A stretch of DNA of 64,000 bases from an uncultured archaeon (GCA_964354805.1 CAYHBD010000008.1:29169-93168), one strand, 5' to 3'. Shown: positions 1 through 10,430, counted from the stretch's first letter. Made by a program: numbers and translations. The notes: generated from the sequence alone by a model not told the origin.

Positions 1-2
1 TT

Positions 3-197
3 GTATTCTACTCAATAATAGTATTAACCGTAACCGCGCTCTTCGCGGCATTCGTCATGGGAGTAATAAACCACGGAAAAGAAGCAAAAGGCGTAAAATT
101 CATCCCAATAATACTGGTAATTTCACTGATTCTGTTCTTCGGAATCAGAACATTCCTAAGCGCCGCGCTCGGCGGACTGATGAAAGGCGGGCTGTGA
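3..197 (+). CDS. Partial (3' end) type II secretion system F / PilC-TadC-like membrane protein
   Basis: Frame 3 is open from the window edge: VFYSIIVLTVTALFAAFVMGVINHGKEAKGVKFIPIILVISLILFFGIRTFLSAALGGLMKGGL*. Two TM helices around a G-x-I-x-x-G-K...G-x-K-F loop resemble archaeal T2SSF C-termini. Not in the ORF track. Confidence 0.55.
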   Translation, partial: VFYSIIVLTVTALFAAFVMGVINHGKEAKGVKFIPIILVISLILFFGIRTFLSAALGGLMKGGL

Positions 198-248
198 AAA
201 CTATTTCTTACCACTTCCAATCGCGGAATAATGAAAGACCGCTGCGAA

Positions 249-1475
249 CTAGTGATAAATAAAACGCCAAACAGCGATTGATGAAATAACACTTCCGATG
301 ATAAACGCAATTAGTGTTGCAATTGCCGCTCCTTCCAAAGAAAGAATTGGCACTAAAAAGGCATTCAAAATAAACGCAATTACAAGAACCGCAAGAGAAA
401 TGAACATTGCCTGCTTTTGTTTTTCAATTGCAATCAAGGCAATGCAGAGTATATAAAAAAGGCAAACAAAAATTGACGCAATGCCCAAAATAGAAAGCAC
501 TTGAGCACTTGAAACAAATTCAGCCCCAAAAAGCATTTCAACAATGGGCTTGCTGAAAAGAGAAACAAGCAATGCGCAAGGAACAGCAAATATTGCAAAA
601 TACTTCAGGGTTTTCTTGAAATGGTACCTGAATTCAGTTTTGTTTTTCTCAGAAAAGGAACTTGAAGCAAGCGGAAAAAACGCTGCGCCAAGCGAAACAG
701 AAAAATAATATGGCAGCCTGCTTATCTGCAATGCTGCATTGTAATAGCCCGCAAGGTCATTGCCCCCAAGAAGAGATTTCACCGCCAGCAAGCCAAGGGA
801 CAGCGAAAACTCCAAAGCGAAAGCAAAAAAAGTTATGGGAACAGCTAAATAAAGCAGACGCTTGCAGCTGAAGTGCTCGCTTGCTTTATTAAAGCTGGAA
901 AAAAACAAGCCAAATAGAAGAGCCGCTATTGAAGCCAAGGCAAAGCCTCCAATTGCGCCAAAAACCGAGAATCCTATCAAAACAAAGGATATTATGAGAA
1001 AAAATTTTGCCAGAGAGTAAACGATTGTAATAAGCGATTGCATTTTGTATTTCTTTAAGCCATTGAAATAGCCCAAAAAAACAGGGTAAAGAAAATAACC
1101 AGGAATAATTATTGAACTGAATCTTATAAAAGGCGTGAGAGAAGAATCATTCAACAAGGAAGCAATCAAGTCTGCGGCAAAAAAGTATGCAAAAAAAGCA
1201 ATTGCAGCTATAACGCTATTCAACTTTAAGGCAGCTCTTTTGATTGATTCCGCCTTTTCTTTGTGCTGCGAAACAAATTTGCTTACAGCACTATGCGTGC
1301 CGCTTATCAGTACAAGCGAAAGCAGCGTGATTAAAGAAATTACTATGGAATACAGGCCATAGTCGGCAGGCCCAAATGCCCTTGCCAAAAAAATGTTGAT
1401 GCCATAGCCAGAAAGCAAAAAAACGAGCTGGGCAAAAAACAAAGAAAAAGCACCAAACAAAAGAGGCCTCTTCAT
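249..1475 (-). CDS. Oligosaccharide flippase (Wzx/MOP family)
   Basis: About 12 TM helices, LARAFGPADYGLYS and GYYNAALQI motifs, glycosyltransferase context. Confidence 0.9.
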   Translation of the reverse strand: MKRPLLFGAFSLFFAQLVFLLSGYGINIFLARAFGPADYGLYSIVISLITLLSLVLISGTHSAVSKFVSQHKEKAESIKRAALKLNSVIAAIAFFAYFFAADLIASLLNDSSLTPFIRFSSIIIPGYFLYPVFLGYFNGLKKYKMQSLITIVYSLAKFFLIISFVLIGFSVFGAIGGFALASIAALLFGLFFSSFNKASEHFSCKRLLYLAVPITFFAFALEFSLSLGLLAVKSLLGGNDLAGYYNAALQISRLPYYFSVSLGAAFFPLASSSFSEKNKTEFRYHFKKTLKYFAIFAVPCALLVSLFSKPIVEMLFGAEFVSSAQVLSILGIASIFVCLFYILCIALIAIEKQKQAMFISLAVLVIAFILNAFLVPILSLEGAAIATLIAFIIGSVISSIAVWRFIYH

Positions 1476-1524
1476 CACTATTATGAAAATAGAAAAGAAA
1501 TAAAAGAAAGACGTGGCGCCTCAT

Positions 1525-2181
1525 TTAATAAGGAACAGAAACTTGATTTTTATCCTTTGGTTTATACACATTATATTTTATTATTGATTTCAAAGTATAG
1601 AATTCTTTAAAATGAAACCAGAGCCTATCATCTGTTCCGTTTTTTTGAAACATTATAAAATTTTTGATTGGAGTTTTGATTGAATGATAGTTAGACTTGT
1701 TTTTTCTTATCCAAGAAGCCACTAACTGAGTCGAACGCATCCACGCATCATCAAACAAAACATACCCCTTTTGATTGAGTAATAAATCAATATAATAAAA
1801 ATCAATGAAGATGTCATCAAATTTATGCCCTCCATCTATAAATGCAAAATCGAACTTGACTCTTTTGCAAAGGAGTTTTGGCAATGCATTATGGGAAAAA
1901 TCTTTTTCAAGTATTAGGCACTTGTCTAAATTCAGTTTTTTAATATTTTTCAGACCCAAATTGTTGAATTTATCCTCAAAAGGGTCTATAGAATAGTGTA
2001 TTGAGCGCGTGGCTGAAATAATGTATGCCGCTGAGCAGCCATATGCGAAACCGACCTCAAGCGTTTTCTTGATTTTCTTTTCTCTCAAAAAAAAGTATAT
2101 AAATTCAGCTGCTTTTTTAGCGAGCGGTATCTGCACAGTCTCTTTTGGGACTGCCAAGCGGTCGTAGAGGTCGGGTGCCAT
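1525..2181 (-). CDS. Class I SAM-dependent methyltransferase (Methyltransf_24-like)
   Basis: LEVGFAYGCS motif I, FDFAFIDGGH, YVLFDD. Confidence 0.85.
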   Translation of the reverse strand: MAPDLYDRLAVPKETVQIPLAKKAAEFIYFFLREKKIKKTLEVGFAYGCSAAYIISATRSIHYSIDPFEDKFNNLGLKNIKKLNLDKCLILEKDFSHNALPKLLCKRVKFDFAFIDGGHKFDDIFIDFYYIDLLLNQKGYVLFDDAWMRSTQLVASWIRKNKSNYHSIKTPIKNFIMFQKNGTDDRLWFHFKEFYTLKSIIKYNVYKPKDKNQVSVPY

Positions 2182-2312
2182 TTAATTACCTTAATGTACA
2201 AATATTATTTAAAAACTCTGCAAAATCAACCATTTGATCGTCTTTGGAGAAAAAACGTGGTTAAAAATTTATAAAAAACTTTTTAGTTCAAGTTATAGTA
2301 AGGAGATTACAA

Positions 2313-3098
2313 ATGATGAAAAGGGCACAGGATTTAATTGGAGTTGTCCAGCTTTACCGAAATTGGCCCGTCAGGATAATGGAATTCTTCAAATTGTACC
2401 CAAATAAAAATATAAAATACAATTTGCGGAATGGCCTTGTTTTCAATATAAGGGCTAACACTAGCGACACTCTTACTATAATCGAATGTTTTAGAAAAAA
2501 GGTTTATGATAGATACTTAAAAATAGGTTTAAGTGACAGTATAGTAGATATCGGTGGGAACATAGGTGCATTTTCAATCTATGCTGCAAGTATAGCAGAA
2601 AAGGGAACGGTTTATGCTTTCGAGCCTGTGGAAGAAAACTTCAATTTGCTTGAAAAGAATATTAAGGAGAATAATTTGCATAACATTAAAGTATTCAAAA
2701 ATGGTGTTGCTGGAAAAAATGGGGAAGGAAAACTATTCTTATCTAATAACAAAGGGGGCCACAGTATATATCCCCCAAAAAACGCGACAGGCAAAAGTGT
2801 CATTGTAAAATTTGTTTCTTTACAACAGATATTTAAAGAAAACAAAATTAAGTGCTGCGATTTCCTCAAAATCGATTGCGAAGGGGCTGAATATGACATC
2901 TTATTTAATTGCCAACAACATATTCTAAAAAAGGTCCGAAAAATTGCAATGGAATTCCATGATATTGACCGAAATTATAACCGCTTTCGATTAAAGCAAC
3001 ATCTAAAGAAAAGTGGGTTTAGTATAATTGCATTGGAGGAGCGCCCCCAATGCGAAACAGGGATGCTTTATGCTATTAGGGAAAAAAAGAAGGATTGA
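2313..3098 (+). CDS. FkbM family methyltransferase
   Basis: IVDIGGNIGAFS, AFEP, LKIDCEGAEYDIL. Confidence 0.92.
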   Translation: MMKRAQDLIGVVQLYRNWPVRIMEFFKLYPNKNIKYNLRNGLVFNIRANTSDTLTIIECFRKKVYDRYLKIGLSDSIVDIGGNIGAFSIYAASIAEKGTVYAFEPVEENFNLLEKNIKENNLHNIKVFKNGVAGKNGEGKLFLSNNKGGHSIYPPKNATGKSVIVKFVSLQQIFKENKIKCCDFLKIDCEGAEYDILFNCQQHILKKVRKIAMEFHDIDRNYNRFRLKQHLKKSGFSIIALEERPQCETGMLYAIREKKKD

Positions 3099-3945
3099 TT
3101 TTAGTATAGTTACGCCAGCAAAAAATGCCGAAAAAACAATTGGCAAATGCATGGAGAATTTGCTAAACCAAAACTACCCAAAGCAAAAATACGAAATAAT
3201 AGTTGTTGACAACAACTCAACAGACAAAACCACTGATGCGATAAAACAGTATCCTGTAAAATATTTACTGGAAAAAAAACCAGGCGCAGCAGCCACAAGA
3301 AACTTGGGAATCAAAAATGCTAATGGAAAAATAATTGCTTTTATTGACAGCGACAGATATGCTGATAAAAACTGGTTGGCAAAAGCAAAGGAGGAGTTTG
3401 ATAAAAAAAGAATAAACCTGCTCGCTGGTGAAGTAAAACCTGAAAAAGGAGCCTCAAGGGTAGAAAAAATTCTTGTTGATTGGGGCATGGACCAACAATG
3501 CAGCGTTGAGTCTGGTTATGCAGCAACATGCAACCTATTTGCAGAAAGAAGAACATTTAAAAAAGTCGGCCTTTTTGATGAAAAGGATTTATGGCTGGAT
3601 GCTGAGGATGTGGAATTTTGCCTTAGGGCTAAAGACCATGGTTTTAAGCTTGAATTCTCGCCTGAAGTTATTGTATACTACAAGCCAAGAACTCTGGGGG
3701 GTGCAATTAAAAGAGAATTTAGACGTGGAAGAGCCGCAGCCCATGTTAGGCGATTGGCAAAAAATAGGGCGTATCTAGCAAATATAACAAAGAAAAGAAA
3801 ACCGTTTAAGCATCTGAAACGGGTTCTAAGAAAAAAGAACAGAGACTTCCTTGACTTGCCAATTGTAATTTTTGTTTATTTTGCATTCCTATTTTCAAGC
3901 TTAGCAGGCGAGACCTACGAAAAATTGCATTCGCGATTGAAATAA
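3070..3945 (+). CDS. Glycosyltransferase family 2
   Basis: FSIVTPAKN, IIVVDNNSTD, AFIDSD, EDVEF; start codon uncertain. Confidence 0.9.
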   Translation: MLLGKKRRIDFSIVTPAKNAEKTIGKCMENLLNQNYPKQKYEIIVVDNNSTDKTTDAIKQYPVKYLLEKKPGAAATRNLGIKNANGKIIAFIDSDRYADKNWLAKAKEEFDKKRINLLAGEVKPEKGASRVEKILVDWGMDQQCSVESGYAATCNLFAERRTFKKVGLFDEKDLWLDAEDVEFCLRAKDHGFKLEFSPEVIVYYKPRTLGGAIKREFRRGRAAAHVRRLAKNRAYLANITKKRKPFKHLKRVLRKKNRDFLDLPIVIFVYFAFLFSSLAGETYEKLHSRLK

Positions 3946-3952
3946 AGATTAG

Positions 3953-5167
3953 TTATTGGGGTTCATTAAGTAAACTGCGATAAATTTTTCTGTATTTTGA
4001 AATTATGACTTTTGCACTACAGGTTCGCTTAGCAAAGACCCGCCCTTTTTTGCCCATTTTTTTCTGCAAGGAAATATCATTCAAAATAGTGGAAATTCTA
4101 TCAGCTAAGGCAAGCGGGTCGTTTGGTTTAACAAGAAAGCCATTCACACCATCTTCTACTAACTCGGGGATAGCACCAACTTGCGTTCCTATAACTGGCT
4201 TTTGGAGCGCCATTGCTTCAGCTAGAGTCCTACCAAAAGATTCCATAGTCAAAGAGGGAAGGACAACCACATCAGAATTCTTGTAAACCTCTTTCATTTC
4301 GAAGTGATTTATAGGCCCAAGAAAAAGCACATTGTTAGAAACACCGAAATTTACAGCCATTTTTTTATAGAAACTGTTTGGTGAGCCAGCAAGCAAAAGC
4401 TTGCATTTTCTTTCTGCCAATACTAAGGAAAATGCCTTTAGCAGTTGGGCTATGCCTTTCCATTCAACTAATCTGCCTGCAAAAAGAATATTTCCCGTCC
4501 CATACGGGATCTTCTTATCCAAAAGCCATTGATCATCAACAGGATTGTAAATTGTTTGACTGTGCTTGCCTGTGTGTTTTTCCAACAAGTCCGCCAAAAA
4601 ATTGCTTACACAAACAGTTTTTCTAAGCCTGTTGAATTGGGCTAATCCAAAATTTGCATTTTTTAAGTAAAAATAAGAATGGATAGGCCTGAGAAAATGG
4701 TTTGCTCTATTAACCATAAGACACCTAGACAGGTTTTTGGGCGTGCAACCAGTGCAAATGCTATAATCTTTGAGCAAAAATTTGTAGCCTTGTCCGCAAA
4801 AAGGCCAAAAATTACTTATAGTTGCAACACTTTTTTTCAGCAGGCTTCCCTCCAAAGTAAGCGGAAGAGTTGTTCTGCAATCCTGACTGTGGAATATATC
4901 AAAATCTTGAGCTTTTTTCTTCAAAGAACTTGCTACGTGCAATGCGAAATATTTTTCATTCAGACCATAAAAGTGGGGTTCAACACGCAATTCGTTTAAA
5001 TTTTTTATCTCAAACCCTTCAACATAATTTTTAGGTTTTTTCGTCGTTGTAAAGACTGTTACTTCGTCACCATGCTTTGCTAGCTCTTTAGCAAAGTAGT
5101 ATGTGTTGATTTCAATGCCGCCAATACATTCAGGGATAAAAAATTCACTTAGCAAGGCGACGTGCAT
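3953..5167 (-). CDS. Glycosyltransferase family 4
   Basis: FAGRLVEWKG, ESFGRTLAEAMA, VGAIPELV. Confidence 0.92.
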   Translation of the reverse strand: MHVALLSEFFIPECIGGIEINTYYFAKELAKHGDEVTVFTTTKKPKNYVEGFEIKNLNELRVEPHFYGLNEKYFALHVASSLKKKAQDFDIFHSQDCRTTLPLTLEGSLLKKSVATISNFWPFCGQGYKFLLKDYSICTGCTPKNLSRCLMVNRANHFLRPIHSYFYLKNANFGLAQFNRLRKTVCVSNFLADLLEKHTGKHSQTIYNPVDDQWLLDKKIPYGTGNILFAGRLVEWKGIAQLLKAFSLVLAERKCKLLLAGSPNSFYKKMAVNFGVSNNVLFLGPINHFEMKEVYKNSDVVVLPSLTMESFGRTLAEAMALQKPVIGTQVGAIPELVEDGVNGFLVKPNDPLALADRISTILNDISLQKKMGKKGRVFAKRTCSAKVIISKYRKIYRSLLNEPQ

Positions 5168-6074
5168 AAGGAAATACCTTCATACTAATTGATTCCCACA
5201 TATAACCTGCTTGCTGCAGAAGAAAGCTTGCTGAAAGCAGGACTAAGACAAGTGGAAAGTGTTTCTTGCGAATATTTTCTCTAAGGATATTTTTTGAAGA
5301 CCAAAGCCTTAGCGAAATGAACTTGCTTACGGATCCAACCTTTTTCCTAAAATGGTAGTTTGCCCTGCCCCTCTTAAACTGCCATCTAATAAAAGTAAGC
5401 AAGCTTGCTCTGGGCGTATGTAAAACAGTTGCATCAGGGCAGTATTTTATTTTAACGCCAGCCCTTGTCAATCTGACAGACAATTCAGCATCCTCCGCAC
5501 CATGCTTAAGAGATTCATCAAATAACCCAACTTCATCAAATACTCTTCTTTTTATTACAACATTGCCAGTGGCAAGGTGGTCTGTAAAACCGTTGCTTGA
5601 AACGTGCCACATTTTGTCAAAGCCAACAGAACCACCGCCAGGAAAACCCAAAGCGGAAATGGAGGTTCCGATAAAATTTGAATCAGGAACCATTGTGCCA
5701 CCTGTGGCAACATGAACATCATCGCCGATTGAATCCAACAGGTTTTCAAGCCAATCCTCTTTAGGCACGCAGTCTGAGTCAATAAAAGTAATGAACTTGC
5801 CTCTCGCGTTTTTTACACCCATATTTCTGTTAAAAGCAACGCCCTTGCCAGATGGAATCTTCACAATCCTGCAACCATCGAACAAAACAAGGTCTTCTGC
5901 TGGTACAGGCACTTCGCTTACAACAATTGTTTCATAGTTTTTGCTGGTTTTCTGAACCCTAAGTTTTTCCAGCAACTCTATAAGGCTGCCATCAATCTGG
6001 TTGGTTACCACAACTACTGAAACGGCAGGGCAGTAGTTTTTTACACCGATAACACTGTTGCTATTTGCTTTCAT
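5145..6074 (-). CDS. Glycosyltransferase family 2
   Basis: RNMGVKNARG, FIDSDC, GLFDESL..GAEDAEL. Confidence 0.9.
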   Translation of the reverse strand: MKANSNSVIGVKNYCPAVSVVVVTNQIDGSLIELLEKLRVQKTSKNYETIVVSEVPVPAEDLVLFDGCRIVKIPSGKGVAFNRNMGVKNARGKFITFIDSDCVPKEDWLENLLDSIGDDVHVATGGTMVPDSNFIGTSISALGFPGGGSVGFDKMWHVSSNGFTDHLATGNVVIKRRVFDEVGLFDESLKHGAEDAELSVRLTRAGVKIKYCPDATVLHTPRASLLTFIRWQFKRGRANYHFRKKVGSVSKFISLRLWSSKNILRENIRKKHFPLVLVLLSASFLLQQAGYMWESISMKVFPYARRLAK

Positions 6075-6162
6075 GAAACCCCCAAACCAATGCTTTTGCA
6101 ACATACCCCATTTATAAAATAAACCAAAGTAAGCTTCATAAATAAAATGGTTCTATGAGTTA

Positions 6163-7653
6163 ATGACTATTATGGGGGCATTATTTAAAACTGGCTTTTA
6201 TTTGAAGCTGTTTTTGATTGTAGCGATAGCAATTTTCTTCATTATGCAATTTAACAGATTGAGCAGTCCTTATGTTATTTCAGATGAAGCGTATTATGCC
6301 TTAAAAAGCTGGCTCATTTTCAAGGACCCTGCATCAATACTTTCAGAGGAAACATACGTAATATACCGCCCTGTAACCTATCCAATCTACCCCCCGTTAC
6401 TGCCTGCACTTTTCGCCCCATTAAATTTGCTCTTTGAACCGATGGCAGCATTTCGGTTGGGAGTCTTGCTGTTTTCACTAATTGCAATCTTTTTAACTTA
6501 CTTAATCGGCAAAAAATTGTTCAACCCAGAAGTAGGCACAATAAGCGCGGTTTTGCTTGCATTTTCAGCGACATTCTTTTACTTTAGCACAAGAGCATTT
6601 TTGGACATACCATTGCTTGCAATGGTTTTAATTGCTTTTCTTTTGGTGCTTGATTTAAACAGAAAAAAGATAGTGTTGCTTGCATTGGTTTTTGCAGGAA
6701 TATTCTTTTTGAAGACTGAGGGATTAATTACCATGCCTGCAATTGCTTTGGTAGCAGCTGTTAAATACAAGGAAAAAATAAATGTAAAAAAAATATTTCT
6801 CATCATCTGTGCATTATTGCTTCTTTTTATTCTTTTTATGCAAGTGGTTCCTGGTGGTCCTGGCGCCCCCAACCTTACATGGCTGCGGTATATCCAAAGC
6901 AACCCACTGATTTATTTCTGGCTCTTCGGGCAGCAGCTGATTGTTTATACTCTTGGATACGCGCTAATCCCGTTCCTGATACTTGGGTTCTATTGCCTTC
7001 ACAAAGAGGGAAAGGAAAAATTGGTCATACCGCTTGTTTTGATTTACGCCACAATCGCCCCCTTCTTCTTGTTTGACATAATTAACAGCAGGTATTTTAT
7101 TCCCGCAATCCCGGCGTTCTGTTTTGTTGCAGCATATGGAATCACTAAAATAAACCTGCCAAAATTAAAAAGCAACTATCTTTTGCATTTTGCCATAACT
7201 GCGATTATTTGTACTTTACTAATACAATTTTCAACATACTTGCGCTATGACAAATTTGATTGCAATGATTACACTGAATTACGCCAATGGCTTGAGCAGA
7301 ATATATCAAGTGAGGACAACATTGTTTTGTTTTCAAATTCTTATGACATACGGGGAATTGGCTTGCAGTCCTATCTTGTTTTAGATAAGTTTAATAAAGT
7401 GCCAATAAGGAATCCAGGAAAGCAAGAATTTGAATCACTGCTGCAAAATTGCAGGGGGAGCATATTTGCCATTTATGATGAATTTACCACACAAATTGGC
7501 TTACCGCCACATGCTGTTTGGGTATTCCTTGAAGAAGGCGGTGCAGAGGCTTACCTAAATAAAAAAGGCTTTCAAAAAGTGATTGAAATGAGACAAAAAG
7601 CAGCGCCGTGGGCTTGGAAGGGGCACTTTTATATCTTCAGAAAGAAGTGTTAG
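6163..7653 (+). CDS. GT-C fold membrane glycosyltransferase (PMT/ArnT-like)
   Basis: SDEAYY acidic motif after TM1, YPPL, many TM helices, RYFIPAIP. Confidence 0.8.
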   Translation: MTIMGALFKTGFYLKLFLIVAIAIFFIMQFNRLSSPYVISDEAYYALKSWLIFKDPASILSEETYVIYRPVTYPIYPPLLPALFAPLNLLFEPMAAFRLGVLLFSLIAIFLTYLIGKKLFNPEVGTISAVLLAFSATFFYFSTRAFLDIPLLAMVLIAFLLVLDLNRKKIVLLALVFAGIFFLKTEGLITMPAIALVAAVKYKEKINVKKIFLIICALLLLFILFMQVVPGGPGAPNLTWLRYIQSNPLIYFWLFGQQLIVYTLGYALIPFLILGFYCLHKEGKEKLVIPLVLIYATIAPFFLFDIINSRYFIPAIPAFCFVAAYGITKINLPKLKSNYLLHFAITAIICTLLIQFSTYLRYDKFDCNDYTELRQWLEQNISSEDNIVLFSNSYDIRGIGLQSYLVLDKFNKVPIRNPGKQEFESLLQNCRGSIFAIYDEFTTQIGLPPHAVWVFLEEGGAEAYLNKKGFQKVIEMRQKAAPWAWKGHFYIFRKKC

Positions 7654-7730
7654 AAACTATGCTAGAGCAGCTGCTCATAGAATAAAATAACAAAAAAGAG
7701 AAAAGAAAAAAAGGGTGCAAAAACTTAATT

Positions 7731-8198
7731 TTAAACCACTGTTCCTTGGCACGTAACTACAACTGATTTACCCGTGTAGCCAAAGGCATCAGTGTATGTT
7801 ATTGTTGCAGTTCCATTGTAAGCGTACCCTTTTGCGCAAGTTGATGCAGTGCCTCCAGATCCACAACCGACTGTTAGCTGTATCGCGTTCCCGCTTGTTA
7901 CAGTTCCAGATGTTGCCGGGTTAATTGTTGCCTTTGTCATACTGCCAGTCCTAGCTGTGGCTGTAATTATAATTGTTCCACCAGTAATATTCTGTAAATT
8001 AACTGTATTTGGTGATGCACCTGCCCCAACATTGTATGATTTCATCAACATCTTTGTTGGATCAGAGCTATTGCACGCCACTCCAGCTGTCGGGCTGCTT
8101 ACAATGAACACAAGTACTCCGACCACGATTGCTATGACTATCAGTGCCCATCCGTATGTCATTAGGTATTCCAATGCTGCTTGTCCTCTATTATTCAT
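7731..8198 (-). CDS. Archaeal type IV pilin (class III signal peptide)
   Basis: MNNRG/QAALEYLMTYGWALIVIAIVVGVL cleavage motif plus hydrophobic helix; T/G/S-rich beta domain; N-x-S/T sequons NSS, NIT, NGT. Confidence 0.9.
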   Translation of the reverse strand: MNNRGQAALEYLMTYGWALIVIAIVVGVLVFIVSSPTAGVACNSSDPTKMLMKSYNVGAGASPNTVNLQNITGGTIIITATARTGSMTKATINPATSGTVTSGNAIQLTVGCGSGGTASTCAKGYAYNGTATITYTDAFGYTGKSVVVTCQGTVV

Positions 8199-8621
8199 GC
8201 TTTCCCTCCTTTTCAAGTTTTTTTATTTTTTCCCAAAAATAAACATAAAACTATTTTGTTGGGAATTTTTGTTTGTATATAAGAAGCGTTTCTCCTTTAA
8301 AAAGCTTTGCCTGCCCTGCGGGAATATAAAAACCCCTGCAATTTGGGGGCAATTTTGCGCTTTTCGGCTGGTTTTCAAAAGAAACTGCCTTGCAAAAAAA
8401 GCTGGTTAGCAAAATAAGCGGCCTTTTTTGTTTTATTCAAAAACGAATGCGACCCTTTTCGTTCTTATAAAACGAAGGTTAAAACCAAGTTTTCATTTAC
8501 AGGCACGCTTTTGCAGTATTTGGGCAGGGCTTAATCGTTATATTACTCATTTAGTGTTATTATCAGCCTGTTTTATTATCAGCCTGTTTTAAATTTTTTT
8601 GAGTAATAATAGCACCGCCAG

Positions 8622-9110
8622 CTATTTTTTCCCAAATTTCCTGCACAGGGCTTTTTTCACCGGCTTTGCAACCATGCACTCTATTGAACCGCCCATTGAG
8701 GCGATTTCCTTTACAGCAGTGCTGTTCAGGTAAAAGTATTTCGGGTTTGTTACAACGAAGACTGTTTCAATGCTCGGGGCAAGCTTTCTGTTAATGATTG
8801 CCTGCTGGAACTCTGTTTCAAAATCAGAAAGCTCCCTCAGGCCCCTCAAAATCACTTTTGCTTTCTTTTTACGCAAAAAATCAACCAGCAGGCCGCTAAA
8901 GCCCTCAATGCTGATGCGCTGCATTCCCTTGGTGCACTCTTTTACAAGGGCAATCCTTTCCTTTAAGGAAAAAAGCGGCTTTTTCTTTGGGTTTGTTGTA
9001 ATTGCAATAATCACGTGGTCAAACAGCTGCAGGGCTCTTTCAATCACATCCAGGTGCCCCAAAGTAACAGGGTCAAAGGTTCCGGCGTAAACAGCGATTC
9101 TTTCACTCAT
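8622..9110 (-). CDS. coaD: Phosphopantetheine adenylyltransferase, bacterial type
   Basis: AVYAGTFDPVTLGHLDVIER, ILRGLR..SDFETE, LNSTAVKEIA. Confidence 0.93.
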   Translation of the reverse strand: MSERIAVYAGTFDPVTLGHLDVIERALQLFDHVIIAITTNPKKKPLFSLKERIALVKECTKGMQRISIEGFSGLLVDFLRKKKAKVILRGLRELSDFETEFQQAIINRKLAPSIETVFVVTNPKYFYLNSTAVKEIASMGGSIECMVAKPVKKALCRKFGKK

Positions 9111-9207
9111 CGGGAGACACCCAATCCCCTGCGTAAACAGCGGTTCTTTCACTCATAAAAAAGCCATGGTGGCATTAAATTTTAATTGAATTGGGGCTTT
9201 GGCGGGT

Positions 9208-9609
9208 TTAATGTCTTTTGAGCATTTCCGCTAACTCCCGCGGAAGGCTCTTTAAAGCACTTAATATATCCAACTGGACACTTATGCCCTTTTGCATTTG
9301 CACAACCATCAGCGCCTGGCTTGACCTCATTAAATCAGGAATTTCCAAGGCAGGGTTTTCCTGGAAAGCAGTGAATGAAATTGCCGGGTTGCCAAATTGT
9401 GCGACAAGCGCTTTTTCCAAATCCAGCACAAATGCCTTTATTTGCTTTTCATCCCCCTCCAATTGGACTTGGACTGTTTTTCCGTCAACATTAAAAACAG
9501 CGCCCTTGCCAAAAGGCGAATTAAGCAGGCGCTCCATTATAAACGCCCTGACTCCTTTCTCAGTAACAACTTCTTCCGCTTTAGCCTTAATTAAAAAGCT
9601 CCCTTTCAT
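9208..9609 (-). CDS. Acylphosphatase-like domain protein
   Basis: KGVRAFI...GAVFNVDGKTVQVQLEG resembles the acylphosphatase G-x-R / N-x-x-x-G-x-V-x-V-x-x-EG pattern; helical C-terminal tail. Confidence 0.5.
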   Translation of the reverse strand: MKGSFLIKAKAEEVVTEKGVRAFIMERLLNSPFGKGAVFNVDGKTVQVQLEGDEKQIKAFVLDLEKALVAQFGNPAISFTAFQENPALEIPDLMRSSQALMVVQMQKGISVQLDILSALKSLPRELAEMLKRH

Positions 9610-9714
9610 TCTCACACCAGCCAATATAATTATACCCAACCATAGTATAAAAGCCTTTCCAGGCAAGGGTTGAAATTAACCAGTTGTTTGAAGCAAAAAA
9701 AAAAACACTTGGAA

Positions 9715-10329
9715 CTAATTAGGCATTATGCCCTTGATTAATTGCCTTGCTTGCTTTCTTGTTGCGTGCAGGCTGCCGCTGTTATCAATTACGTAATGAG
9801 CTCTTTTAATCTTTTTCCCAAGGGTTTTTTTGCGGAAGCAAAAAAAGGCTTTTTTAATCTTTTTCCTATGGGGGATTTGGGCAGCATAGCGCAACAAAAA
9901 TTCCTTTTTGCTTACGCCTTTTTTTAGCGCCCTTTGCATGCACTGGCGCTTGCCTGCTTTAACAACAATTACTGCGTCAAAGCGGTTCTGCCATCCTGCT
10001 TCAAACAAGAGGGGCACGTCAACAATAACAAAATTTTCCTTTTTTTTCTTGAGTTTTTTAATGCCCTTTTCAATCTCTTTCCATACGAGCGGGTGCAGAA
10101 TCCGTTCCAGCTTTTTTCTTTTTCTGGGGGAAGGGAAAACAATTGCGGAAATTTTGCTTTTATTGAATGTGCCGAATCCCTCCAACAATTTTTTCCGGAC
10201 AGCTTTGCGCTTATGCAATTCGCTGACTATTGCATCGCACCCAATTCCCGCAATGCCCTGCTGCCTGAAGAGGCGCAGAACAGTGCTTTTGCCGCTGCAG
10301 ATTGAGCCTGTTAAAGCAATCAAGCGCAT
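9715..10329 (-). CDS. coaE: Dephospho-CoA kinase, bacterial type, carrying a 16-aa in-frame insertion
   Basis: IALTGSICSGKST, LERILHPLV, VDVPLLFE, YVIDNSGS. Confidence 0.92.
   Translation of the reverse strand: MRLIALTGSICSGKSTVLRLFRQQGIAGIGCDAIVSELHKRKAVRKKLLEGFGTFNKSKISAIVFPSPRKRKKLERILHPLVWKEIEKGIKKLKKKKENFVIVDVPLLFEAGWQNRFDAVIVVKAGKRQCMQRALKKGVSKKEFLLRYAAQIPHRKKIKKAFFCFRKKTLGKKIKRAHYVIDNSGSLHATRKQARQLIKGIMPN
9817..9852. repeat. Hairpin repeat family A, copy inside coaE
   Basis: cccaaggg-TTTTTTTGC-ggaa-GCAAAAAAA-ggcttt, flanked by a 15-bp direct repeat ttttaatctttttcc (9804-9818, 9852-9866). Confidence 0.75.
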
Positions 10330-10346
10330 GGTAATGGAAATGCATG

Positions 10347-10430
10347 GAAAGGAATTTAAGGAAAAAGGGAAACATCGGACAGCGAAAAGCAGGAAAAATT
10401 GGCTGAAAGGAATTTAAGGAAAAAGGGAAA
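10347..10430. repeat. Duplicated ~26-bp segment upstream of coaE (probable promoter duplication)
   Basis: gaaaggaatttaaggaaaaagggaaa-like sequence at about 10347 and 10405. Confidence 0.7.

Noticed and set aside
8420-8610. Structured ncRNA upstream of the pilin
   Set aside because: Only short AT-rich hairpins and a 16-bp tandem duplication; no recognisable RNA family
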